Source: Macrostomum lignano (Eukaryota). From it: a stretch of 29,784 nt of DNA. The notes below the pieces were generated by a model. It worked only from the letters and a program-made list of their open reading frames with translations, searched no databases and was not told the origin of the DNA. How positions within the stretch are numbered: the stretch's first letter is position 1; every line of letters begins with the position of its first letter. Position numbers and translations under genes: made by a program. This document shows, in pieces, positions 9,807 to 20,200 of this stretch. The DNA lies in contig NIVC01000588.1 of assembly GCA_002269645.1 (NCBI GenBank), positions 1 to 29,784 on the forward strand. The letters are read 5' to 3'.

Positions 9807-11056
9807 TCAGTCAATACATGTACCGGCTGCCACTGTTTTGTTCAATTTCGAATTAAATAACGAGGCTGATGATCCAGACGAGACAAAAACGTTCTGCAGA
9901 ACATCAGAGGCCAGTCGAGCAACTTTAGCTGATGGCCCGATGTATCGCTCCATCGCAGATGAAGAATGACCGGTAAAACGAGCAATTTCTGGCCTTGAAA
10001 TTCCAGCATCCCGAAGCGTGGTGGCACAGGTCTTTCTAAGACTCTGATTCGTGTAGCGCCCTGAACTTGGTTCAGGTAGACCAACAAGCAGATTCCGAAC
10101 AACAGCTTCCAAACTGTGGACACCAAGCGATTGATTTTGGTACCACTTGCCGGAGCGAATAGTGTCTTCCTTGCGGATGCACGATAGAAATAGCTGCGGC
10201 TTAGAGCAGTCTGGCGGACGATAACCAACGTACTTCTTATACAGACACACTAGGCAACGAACGTGACCGGGAGTATGAAACACTGAATTTTGCTTGAGCG
10301 GCCTATTAAATGTCTTCAAACCACCAGGCCTTGTCTTTGAAACGGAACTCTCTTTGTACACGAGAACCTCGTCCGTTCCCTCGATAGATAGCTGCAGCTG
10401 CTTGTTGATTTCGAGTCTGTGTAACTCACTACCGCCTCGCAATCCAAAGACTTTACCGATCATGAATATTAGGGTGTTGAGTAGCACCTTCGGAGAATCA
10501 TCTCCTAATAGACCTCGCTCCCATAAGATATTCTCACTATCCGAAGCAATTGGTGCAGCTGCCCATCCACCATTTAATTGTCCTTCCCGGGCGGTCTCTC
10601 GCATGGCAGCATCTAGCGCACGTCGCGTTTCAGCGAACTCGGCATCAGTCCAGATGGAAAGAGTCCGTTTAAGTCCGTAAACAAAGTGGTGCTGGATCAT
10701 GGAGACTAGATCTTTGATGGTGCCAGGTGGAAACTTTTCTCCATTCTCTTTACGAACTTCGAACACAAAATACTGGAGCAAATGGTTCAGGTCGGATTTC
10801 GTTAGATCCTCGGTTGGCTTGAGAACCATAAGTCCCGACTCTTCGCCTGCCAATTGACGATTGACGCGCGTCTCTTTCCATAGATTAAATAACTTCATTG
10901 CCCATTTTTCCTTCGCTCGGGTAGCGGCAGGCAAACTTTCTTCGATTCTTTTTTTAGAGCAGCTTCGTCCAGGGACTCAGCAGAAACTCGAGTTGTCGAC
11001 TCTATTCCAACAGCAGCAAAAAAAGCGTCAAAATTGAGGTCTTCTAAGCCTTCCAT
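9807..11056 (-). CDS. Crypton-type tyrosine recombinase (DUF3504-like), about 416 aa if a 1-nt frameshift in an A7 run is corrected
   Basis: ORF 9807..10934 carries KWAMKLFNLW, LQYFVFEVRKENGEKFPPGT, FAETRRALDAAM, LLGDDSPKVLLNTL, FGLRGGSE, SKT, RCLVCLYKKY, WYQNQSLG, NQSLRKTCAT and TGHSSSAMERY, i.e. the R-K-(H>Q)-R-H-Y set of Crypton recombinases. An upstream ATG at 11056 (MEGLEDLNF...) joins in frame with one extra A at 10949-10955. Confidence 0.85.
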
Positions 11057-11266
11057 ATTGTATTTTTGATTCTATTTTGAAGAAGAAGCGACTCTGAATT
11101 TGGCTTTTACTTTTTGCCACCACTGATTGACTGGCTGCTTCGTGACTGCATCTTCGTGAGAAACGTATTTGATTTGTCTATGGTCGGAATCAAATGGCCT
11201 AAGCCTATAATGTCTATCAATCAGATGGGATGCCCCCGAAAAATAAGATATCGAAGTTCATATATG

Positions 11267-11411
11267 ATAAACGCCGCTTAATTCACCATAGTCTATGGTT
11301 AGAATATCCTCGGCTACAATCAATGGTCCTCGGCTCGCTTTGCTCGCCTCGGAACCATTAAATGCAGCCTCGGACATTCTAACCACAGAATGTGAATTAA
11401 ACGGCGTTTAT
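11267..11411. repeat. 145-bp imperfect palindrome with four CCTCGG hexamers
   Basis: ATAAACGCCGCTTAATTCAC...GGTTAGAATATCC pairs with GGACATTCTAACC...GTGAATTAAACGGCGTTTAT. CCTCGG at 11308, 11328, 11347 and 11368. Centre GGCTCGCTTTGCTCGCC. Confidence 0.9.
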
Positions 11412-11704
11412 TATTTACTTAACACACACAATAGCGAGATACAATGCGCTGATATATTCTTTCAGTAGCAAAACAAAGCGTTTTTTTCTATATTTGGAAA
11501 AGAAAGTTTTAATTTTACACGATATTTAAAGATTTTAGAGCCACAAAATTCGTTTGTGGCTTTCTACACGCAGACCCATTAAATTAGCATTTTTACCCTT
11601 TTGAAGCTGCAGCCAAGTCCATAGCGTGCATAGCGAACAAGAAAAATTGGTGGCGCCAGGGACTGCTTAAACTAGGGACGGGAAAGTGGCCAAATCATGC
11701 AGAA

Positions 11705-11876
11705 AATAGTTGGAGGCTGGTTTTTTAGTGCTCCCTAGAACTTATTACTAAACGCAGAAAGCTGTTTGTTCGCCATCCTGAACAGAATTTATCCCTCTAC
11801 AAGATGCACAACTCGATGTTTGTCAAGCTTCATTCTGAGAGGAGCAGTGAGCCTTTTTGTACAGGACCCCCTTTTT
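11705..11876 (-). repeat. Repeat family X copy
   Basis: 11775-11870 is the reverse complement of 13549-13644 with about 8 mismatches in 96 nt; weaker similarity extends left to about 11709. Confidence 0.8.
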
Positions 11877-12531
11877 TTCTAGGGAGTTAAACATAGCCAA
11901 CGCCTTATTGAGATGTCTAGGTCTTTTGCACAAGCATCATCGCTATTCAGTTAAGCTTGTAGTCAATTCTGCTGCTGCCTCGTGTTATTTGGTCCGACCG
12001 GGCGTAGCTTGGTTGGGTGTTAAACCAGTGGGGCGTGGCTCTTGTGCGTTGGTGCGGGGGGTGGTGGGCCGGGCCTTGGTCACGTGCCCGCGGCCTGGGT
12101 GGCGTTTATTTAATACGGTGCGGGCTGTCGCTGACCCGCCAAGCGCGTATTGATTTTTTTTTCTCGCTTTTAAGTCTCCAAGGTTTTTATTTGGCTTTTA
12201 AGTCCGGTAAATTAAAGTTAATAAATACGCTCGAATACTCGTACAATAGGGCCAGGCTCGAACCTGCGCCTCTCGTGCCAACTGCCTTTACTTCGTCTCA
12301 CTGGTTTAAGTGATGCATTTTATACCATAGACAACAAGCCGTCTGACTGCAGATTTTTATAAGACATTCTCTATGGTAGTGTGAGCATCTTTTGTGTAGT
12401 TTGCATTTTATTAGTTAGTTTCCATATTTTTAATTATTATTTTGCTTATTTGGTCACGCGTTTTAATGTACTTTTTTCTCTTAGTTTAGAGTTTGTTTTG
12501 CGTAAACAGGTTAGAAGTTAGACGCCAATTC

Positions 12532-13510
12532 TGTGACTCAGCGAAGGGTTGAGTTTTCCTGCGTACCCCAAGCTTTGCGCGGCCAGCCAATCAAGATCGG
12601 CCTGGACCCTGGCACGCGGCAAAATCCAAGTCTACCCGGCGCCTCGGGTCCAGTACAAGTCGGCTTAGCGAGCGGCCGGCCAGACACCCACCACCCGGCG
12701 TGAGGGGGGTTTGAGGGGTTTGAAAGTGACTATAAATGAATGTGTGTTTTGGCGGTCGGCTCTCATCTTCGGTTTTTCGGCCTTTAGCTTGTCCAATTTC
12801 CCGGCCGTTTTGCCCTCTGTTTTCGCGCTTTGAGGCGCTTGTTCTACTCGTCTCCCCCGGTCCGTGTTTTATTTCCCTCGCCCAACCGCACCAGTCTTGT
12901 GACGTAACGCCCACGATAACCTTGTCTGAGGGCGTCGTTATCAAGCGCGGTTTAGATAGACTTGACAAAGTATTGACAAAGTACGTGGCCTCGACCCGAG
13001 GGCCTCAGTGTCGCACTGAAGGGCAGCGCTGGTAGAACTTAGCCAGAGCTCCGCTGAACTGTCAATTCGTCAGGGCTCTCGTTTGAGTGTAGGTTCTGGA
13101 TTTAGGCCAGTGTTTAGGAGTCTTTCTCCGTGGTCCCGTGTTCGGTTCCTTTTTCTTCTTTAAAGCTGAGATCCGCTCGCCAGTTGCGTAATTAATTTAT
13201 TATCGTTGTTATCCGTGCTCAAACTTATCTGCGTCGCGAACTGCGTTGAGAACTTGTAATCAATTTTAAGTAACTAAAGTAAATCGTCTAAGTCAATTAT
13301 TAGCTATTCTTGAACTAGGATTATCACTCTCTAAATCTGCTTGAATCGTTTCACCCTTGTTTCTTCTTTACTTGTACCGTACCTGCAACTATCGGAGAAA
13401 GATTGGTAGAACTCGCCGACCGGTGATAGGCAATAGGGCTAATAGTTTAAAATCTCTGAACGCTTTAAAAGTAGGTTTGTCTAGGGCCTAATTTATTTGC
13501 CGTATCGCAT
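12532..13510 (+). other. Unclassified GC-rich, promoter-like segment (possible solo LTR)
   Basis: Starts TGTGAC; CCAAT at 12587-12591; TATAAA at 12731-12736 followed by a pyrimidine-rich tract and an AT-rich 3' part. A TG...CA segment 12532-13064 is flanked by ATTC on both sides, which is weak evidence. No coding domain recognised. Confidence 0.25.
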
Positions 13511-13542
13511 ACTGTATTTATCACACTATATAAAACACTGTG

Positions 13543-13910
13543 AAAGAGGGGGTCCTGTACAAAAAAGCTCACTGCTCCTCTCAGAATTAAGATTGACAAA
13601 AATAGAGTTGCGCATCTTGTAGAGAGATAAATTCTGTACAGGATGTCGGAAAAACAACGGAGGCGCACTGCTGATTGGCGCACATGGGTGTACTCAATGC
13701 ACCAGCGCTTACGGAAAAAACCGACCTCCAGAAGAATCGTCGAATATCTCGACGGTCCGGAGGGCTGGCGACTGGATTCTTGTTTGAGAAGGTGCGCAGC
13801 AAAAGTAAGTCCGTGTTCTTGAATTTCGTGTGCCTACGTTGCTCCGTTCCGGCGCAGCAAAAATTGTCAGGGGTCCCCCCTTGGTAGTTCGATGGGCGAA
13901 CAATGGCTTG
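13543..13910 (+). repeat. Repeat family X, longest copy
   Basis: Contains all segments seen in the 2.4-2.9 kb, 11.7-11.9 kb and 15.6-15.9 kb copies. Confidence 0.8.
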
Positions 13911-15624
13911 GTATTCCTACTTTCAAGTTGTAGAAAAAATGCTTCATACATACTCTTTATTCAAGGTCTCAAAGGCGCCAGAAAATTCTGTCGCATGGAC
14001 TTTTCCGGAGGAGCGGTGAGAAAGAAAAAATGTACGGAAAGGTGTAGAAATTATGCGAAAAGGGGGCACGCTATGACCCCCGTCGCGGTGTCACTCCAAA
14101 GTATCCTTGGCTGTGTGTTAACTTTCATAATATAATTATACACACGTGATCTCAGTCGGCAGGTTGCATGCAAACAGCTCATACCCACGGTAAGCTTCTC
14201 TGTCCGACACAGTCCGTCTCTCCCCATCTCTTTCTCTCTCCATTTCTTACCCACGTACCATTATTTATTTTCTTAAAAAAGATGAACTCGCTTTGCACTC
14301 ATTTTCCCCAGTAGCTTCGTTAGACTAAGAGGTCGAGCTTCGCATTCTGAGCACAACTGTATCCTTAAACTAACCGATCGAAGACAAATGCATCCTTCGC
14401 AGATTAGGTAAGAGATAAAAATGCATTTCTATAAGTGTGATAAGTGTGACGAATGCGTCGTCAAAAGGTGTTGTTAGTAGTATCCAAAACTTCTGTCCAC
14501 CACAAGCCGGCAGTTTGGAAGTTTTGCCTCGTTGAGGACGCAAGGAAACAAGCTGCAAAATGGATGCAGAGATGCTAGATTTTTTTGCAATATGAGCAAA
14601 AATTGATTTATCTGTAAATATTCTGGTTCATCGTTCCATATACTCGTACAATATACTCCATATGCTCGTTAGTTAATTTAAACGCTTAAGCCATAGAAAT
14701 CTCGGATGGGCCGTTCCGGTTTTGTGTGCCCAACTGATCGACATAGCACGACGAAAGTAGTACGCTCGTAGCTACTCGAACTCGTACAAGCCTGGAACTC
14801 GACGTGACTCAACTAATAATTCTGCGAAGCAGACCTCAGATTCCGTCTCCATTCTTGCCCTCAAATCCATAGGCAGAGCTGGTGTTGTCTTAGCATTTCG
14901 ACAACGCCACTAAGCATTAACCATAGACGCGACGAAACTAGCGGGCGCAGGTTTTGCGTTCTTGTATCACATTCTCATTTTACTCTGCCTGTTGTTTTGA
15001 TGTTTTTCCATAGACATCAGCAATCCTGCACGATTGAGGGTGCGGAACTGTCATATGTATCATTCTTACATGCAGAGTCAAACAAGAATGGATTCCTGCC
15101 CGCGTTCAAAAACCGCGGGCACAACTGACGATTCCATGGGCTCTGCGGCCGTGAGCCAAGTATAGTTATAGTGGCTGTTCTACTGAACATGAAAGTGAAA
15201 TGACCAGTTCGGAAAGGTTTTAATTACGATGACAATTGACAAAATGAACTCATATGCTTAAAGCATCAGTTCGCATAAACCAAATAGACAAAATTTTCGA
15301 GCTGTCAGCCCTAAACCATTGAGCTTGGCCTCAGACATCAGCCAAAAGCTGCTAAAGAAGAACCTAGCTTGCATTTGAAGCTGAGGTATCTTTGCCTTGC
15401 AGCATTTTGTAATTAATTGAATACAGAAAATCTCTGTGCGCAAGTTCACAAGGGACAGACTCACAGCTCAGACTCTTGCTCCGGCAGTATTTTCTGTGAA
15501 TTGCTTTTTATTTTGATGCAGACATAAATGCAAATTATTTTTTGCTCATCTAGTTAAAGTCTGGCCACTCACTGTGTATGTTCTTCTACTGCGTGGAGAT
15601 TGAAGTTTTTTAGCTGTAGGTTTG

Positions 15625-15889
15625 CAAAACCATTTCGCAACCCCCGTTTTCACCCCCCACCTCCCCACCTTACTGGCATTGTGCTGCGCCAGAAAGAGCA
15701 GCAGACACACGAAATCGAAGAGCAAGGCTAACTTTTTTGCTGCGCACCTTCTCAAACAGGAGTCGAGTGCTACGCTTCTAGAACATCGAGCTATTATTGT
15801 TATTAAAAGATTCTGGGCATGCTGCATTTTGTACCCCCCCTATGCGCCAATTAACACAGCGCCTCAGAATGTCCTTGACAAGCCTGACA
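15625..15889 (-). repeat. Repeat family X copy, ending at the Tc1 TIR
   Basis: CACACGAAATCGAAGAGC...TTTTTGCTGCGCACCTTCTCAAACAGGAGTC and TGCGCCAATTAACACAGCGCCTC align to the reverse complement of 13640-13910. Confidence 0.7.
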
Positions 15890-15891
15890 TA

Positions 15892-16989
15892 TACTCAGCA
15901 ACAGTCAAAAGTTCCACCCACCAAGCGAGATGAAAACTTTCTCACTTATTGCGACAAATTCTCACTCACAATTCAACCCTCAAGTTAGGCAGCTAAGCAG
16001 CCGTGAGGAACGGAAAGTTGACTGTATCAATAACTTGTAATATACTCAGCAACAGCTAAACCCCCCCCCCAACTCACGCTGTCACACGGCCCAAAAGTTT
16101 TGTATGCCATCGGTGACTCAGAAATGTGTGAAGGCTGCCGCCGCCAGACGCGAGCGCAAAGTGCGGCATGGGGGATTTGGGGAGGGGATGGCGCAACTCA
16201 AAGTCTCCAGACATGAACCCCATCGAGCATGTCTGGGACTTTGTAAAGCGAAGAGTTCAGCAGGATGCCCCACAGAATGCTGAACAGTTGCGACTGGCGG
16301 TGCTGAATGCCTGGCAGCAGCTGCCCCAAGAGTTCATCAACCGGCTGGTGATCAGGATGCCACGACGAGTCACGGCACTTTTGCATGCTCGTGGTTCCTA
16401 CACACGATACTGAGACTAGAATTAAAGACATTGCTTAACTTTTGTGCCCGTGTGACAGCGTGAGTTGGGGGGGGGAGTTTAGCTGTTGCTGAGTATAAAT
16501 GTCAGTCAAACAAAATCATAAAAATTTTTAATGCAATATTCAGTTAGAATCGCGATGCTTAATAACGCGTGAGGGATCCCCTCGCACGCAGAAGTGCGCG
16601 ATCCTGCGGGGCATCCCCAGGATGAGGCGGCGCAGAAAGTCCTGGAGAAGCTGCTGCCAAGCGTTTTCAATGGCATGACGCAGCTCCGCAACATTCTGTG
16701 GTGGATTCTCTTTTCGAATGCTGCGTTTTAGGAAGTTCCAGACATGCTCGATGGGATTCATGTCTGGGGACCGGGAAGGCCAGCGCAGAGTGCGCAGCTG
16801 TAGCTGTTCTTTCAGTTGACTGACAGCATCGGCTCGGTGTGGCGGCGCGTTGTCCTCCTGGACCATTAAGCAGACCCAAGCCACCCCCAAGTGGCAATAA
16901 GATTTGTTCGTGCCGTAAGTTGCGTCACTCGCAATAAGTGAAAAAATCATCTCACTTAGTGGGGTTGAACTTTTGACTGTTGCTGAGTA
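15892..16989 (-). mobile_element. Tc1 (DD34E) deletion derivative B with about 63-bp TIRs and TA flanks; host of nested element A
   Basis: TIRs TACTCAGCAACAGTCAAAAGTT... at 15892 (+) and 16989 (-); TA at 15890-15891 and 16990-16991. A minus-strand transposase fragment at about 16870-16540 reads QEDNAPPHR...WPSRSPDMNPIEHVW, with exactly 34 residues between D and E. Confidence 0.8.
16043..16495 (+). mobile_element. Non-autonomous Tc1 derivative A (453 bp) with about 57-bp TIRs and TA TSD
   Basis: Near-perfect TIRs TACTCAGCAACAGCTAAAC(C)nAACTCACGCTGTCACACGG..CAAAAGTT at 16043-16099 and 16438-16495; TA at 16041-16042 and 16496-16497. Internal C-terminal transposase fragment SPDMNPIEHVWDFVKRRV...RMPRRVTALLHARGSYTRY* (16204-16413). 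Confidence 0.9.
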
Positions 16990-17285
16990 TATGATGTGAG
17001 CCCAATCATCCAGAGCGACGCCTACAGCTGAACCCTGTTGGGAAGCTACGACCCCGAGGTCCCCAGTCAGAGCTCCCGTCCAGTGTCCCAGGGAGAAGCA
17101 GGAAAACAACAGAGCAGAACTCACGAGCTTCCGCGCAAAAGCCGATACAGTTCGCACTTGCTATGTGCTATGGTAGACAAGTAAGTTTGTTTTGAAGTAG
17201 CCAACGATAGGACCAACAGAACGCAAGGGCGCGGCTGCCTAGTAGACAGCAAATTCATTATATTTATTATCTGACCTACGAGTAC

Positions 17286-20200
17286 ATGAATACTTTTAGA
17301 ACAAATGTACGGTACGGTAGGGGGAGGTGGTGCGAGGTGGCGTGATCGGCGTACGCGTTGATTATTGATTGGAGGGGTGAGGCAGACTGGAAGGGTTGGG
17401 GCGGGGCAGGAGGGCAAAAAAGAACACGATTGCACAACAAATATTTCATCAGCACGTCGACCACTGGTATTTGCTATGCTGCTGACTTTCTTTTGCTGCT
17501 CAATTCCAGCGCAGTTAAAAAGTTGTATGGGGAATCCCCATGGTGGATCTACTGCCAATAATGATGCTAAATTTACTGTTATTGTCACTTCTACTCACTG
17601 TTAAACACGCAAACCACTTTGATTTTATTTAAACAGCAAGTACGTGTTCGCTCTTCTGGCAGCCGTCATCACTGCACTGACTGTACTGGTCATCGTTTTT
17701 GTCTCACTATACCTGCGCTGCATTAACGATGAAGCAACCAACAAGACAGGTGAGACCCTCCGTAGCACAAAGTTTAAACATCAGATGAAGTCGCTCGGAG
17801 CATGTTGGAGCATGCATGGTGGAGCACATTGATATGCAAAACCTTTCCAGAGACATCCGAGTGGCAGAACAACTGCGTTTCTGACTCGACAAAAGACATC
17901 TATCAGTACAATGCGATCTCAGCTGACTCGGCAGTGTGCAGCACAATTGGAGATTATGTGCTCAACATCCTCGGAGGCAACGCTATGGACGCAGGAGTCG
18001 CTACTTTGCTGTGCGTTGGCGTCTCCAACTTTCAAAGTGCAGGCATCGGCGGAGGATCATTCTTAGTTTACTACAATCGGTAGGTTTAAACTTTAAGGGG
18101 CTTACTCAGGCTTGACAAATGACTCAAAAATGAGTCTAAACACTCCAACAGATCCTCGCGAACGGCAAGCGCCTACAATTATCGAGAAACGGCGCCTGCC
18201 GCCGCGCATCGCGACATGTACAGCAGCGCTTCCGGCCTGCCGTCGAACGCCTCCCTCTACGGCGGTCTGGCGATCGGTGTGCCGGGCGAGGTCGCCGGTC
18301 TGGCAGCGGCTCACGCGGCGCACGGCCGCCTTCCGTGGCGCTCCGTGGTCGAGCCGGTCTCGCGAGTGCTTCGCAAGGGCCAGCGCGTGTCCCGCCCGCT
18401 GGCCGATGCCATCGCCTCAAAATATCCGCAAGTGCCGGATGTGGCTCCGTTCAAGGAGCTGAAAGACTGGATGGTCAATCCGGCTACAGGAAAGCCGTAC
18501 AAGGAGGGTGATGTGCTTGTTGACACTAAACTGGCCGACACCATGGACAAGATTGCAAACGATCCGCAGGTATTTTACAATGGGAGCTTAGCCGATGACA
18601 TTGTTCAGGAAGTGCTTTCGGCCGGAGGCAACATTACCAACGATGATCTTCTGGTATGCTTAAAAGATATATGATATTTTTATTTAAACAGGCTTTTAGC
18701 AGACTAATTGATTTTTAAGTCGCGCTCATTCCTTCAGAATTAGGACTGGTTTCCATCAATGCAAATACGCTCGTAGACTTGCAACTTCTAAATGACATTA
18801 TCGAATATTCACTTGACTTATTCTTCACACTATTATTTGGCTTTTGGGTCTTCTTAAGCAAAAATAACTTAAACAGCAGCATTTGAAAGTACCTAATGTC
18901 TTCTTTTTCAGTACAATTCTCTTGTAAACTTGCACTAATTCGAGCTAAATCACCCTGCTTGACATCGGGAATTATAGAACTACCGACCGAGGCGCCTCGA
19001 CCCGCTGATGGCGACTCTGCCGTCGAAGGGTCTGACGCTCTACTCGCTGCCTCCTCCGAGTAGCGGAGCCGTTCTTTCTCTCATTCTCGGCATCATGGAC
19101 GGCTACGCTGGAGATTCAGCAAACGCGAGGTCGACGAAAGACGGCTACGTCAACTTTCTCCACCGTCTCGTCGAGTCGTTCAAGTTCGCTTACGCGAAGC
19201 GCTCCGGTCTGGGCGACGCGGTATTCGTGAACGTGACCGAGCTGGTGGCCAACATGACGAGCAGCAGCTACGCGTCGGAGCTGCGCAGTCGCATCACCGA
19301 CGATGCCACGCACGATGTCAACTACTATGGACCAATGTTCGAGTGGAAAGAGGACTCTGGCACGACTCACGTGTCTCTTGTGGACTCTGACGGCAACGCA
19401 ATTTCTGTGACCGCCACCATCAACACGTAGTGAGTTGATATTGATAGCATTAGACGTAAAGTTTCCATTGTTTTTCTGAGGTCTTTAAGCTATAATACTG
19501 TGTAGTATGCTGTTCTTAAGCGGGCAGAATCTGCGCCATCAAAATTCAAAAACTGTTCAGCTTCTAAAATTCTTCCACCAATGCAGCTTCGGCTCAATGG
19601 TCCGCGGCGCCCGCACTGGCATTTTCTACAACAACGAGATGGACGACTTCTCCCAGCCCAACAAGACTAATTTTTTTGGCCTACCAGCCTCTCCCACGAA
19701 TTTTATCGAGCCCGGCAAGCGTCCGATGTCTTCAATGGCCCCGACTATTCTCGTTGACTCCAGCGGTGCCGTTCAGTTTGTCAGCGGCGCTGCTGGCGGC
19801 TCCCGCATCACCACGGCTATCGCCTATATGCTGGCTAGACAGCTGTACCTGAATGAGACGGTCAAGGCGGCTGTGGACTCCTACCGACTGCATCACCAGC
19901 TGGTGCCGAATTTTGTCACCTACAACCCCGATAAATGCGACGTACCAGAGGCAAGTTTCCTAATATTATTATATCGACGCTTTCTGCAACAGTTTTTCTC
20001 TTGATATCTGACATGACGACACTGGCTCGTTACCTCAACATATGCGCCTCACAGCCTTCAATTTCATAATTTAATTGCAAGATATACGTTAGGATATTAG
20101 TCGATTAAGCTTGATAATATAAAGATGATGCGGTTATTACATAGCGTTGCACAGCGTTTAGCAGCTCTTGATTTTGTCTTAAAAAATAACTTTTTTGGAA

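Larger units (their letters stand above)
9807..11411 (-). mobile_element. Crypton DNA transposon (boundaries uncertain)
   Basis: Intronless Crypton-like recombinase plus an upstream palindrome at 11267-11411. Terminal direct repeats were not located. Confidence 0.6.

Noticed and set aside
9520-10680. Plus-strand ORFs 9520..9969, 9842..10228 and 10294..10680
   Set aside because: Antisense shadows of the recombinase with no recognisable motifs.
9807-10934. Bacterial or phage integrase, contamination or HGT
   Set aside because: The motif pattern is of the eukaryotic Crypton/DUF3504 type, the flanks are eukaryotic repeats and spliced genes, and there are no prokaryotic neighbours.
12255-12264. 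Isolated B box (GGTTCGAGCC on -), suggesting a third SINE
   Set aside because: No convincing A box and no second copy in the window.
16540-17157. 205-aa ORF as a full transposase
   Set aside because: Only the last 110 aa or so are Tc1-like. The N-terminal part reads through the TIR and flanking DNA and lacks the HTH and first catalytic Asp.
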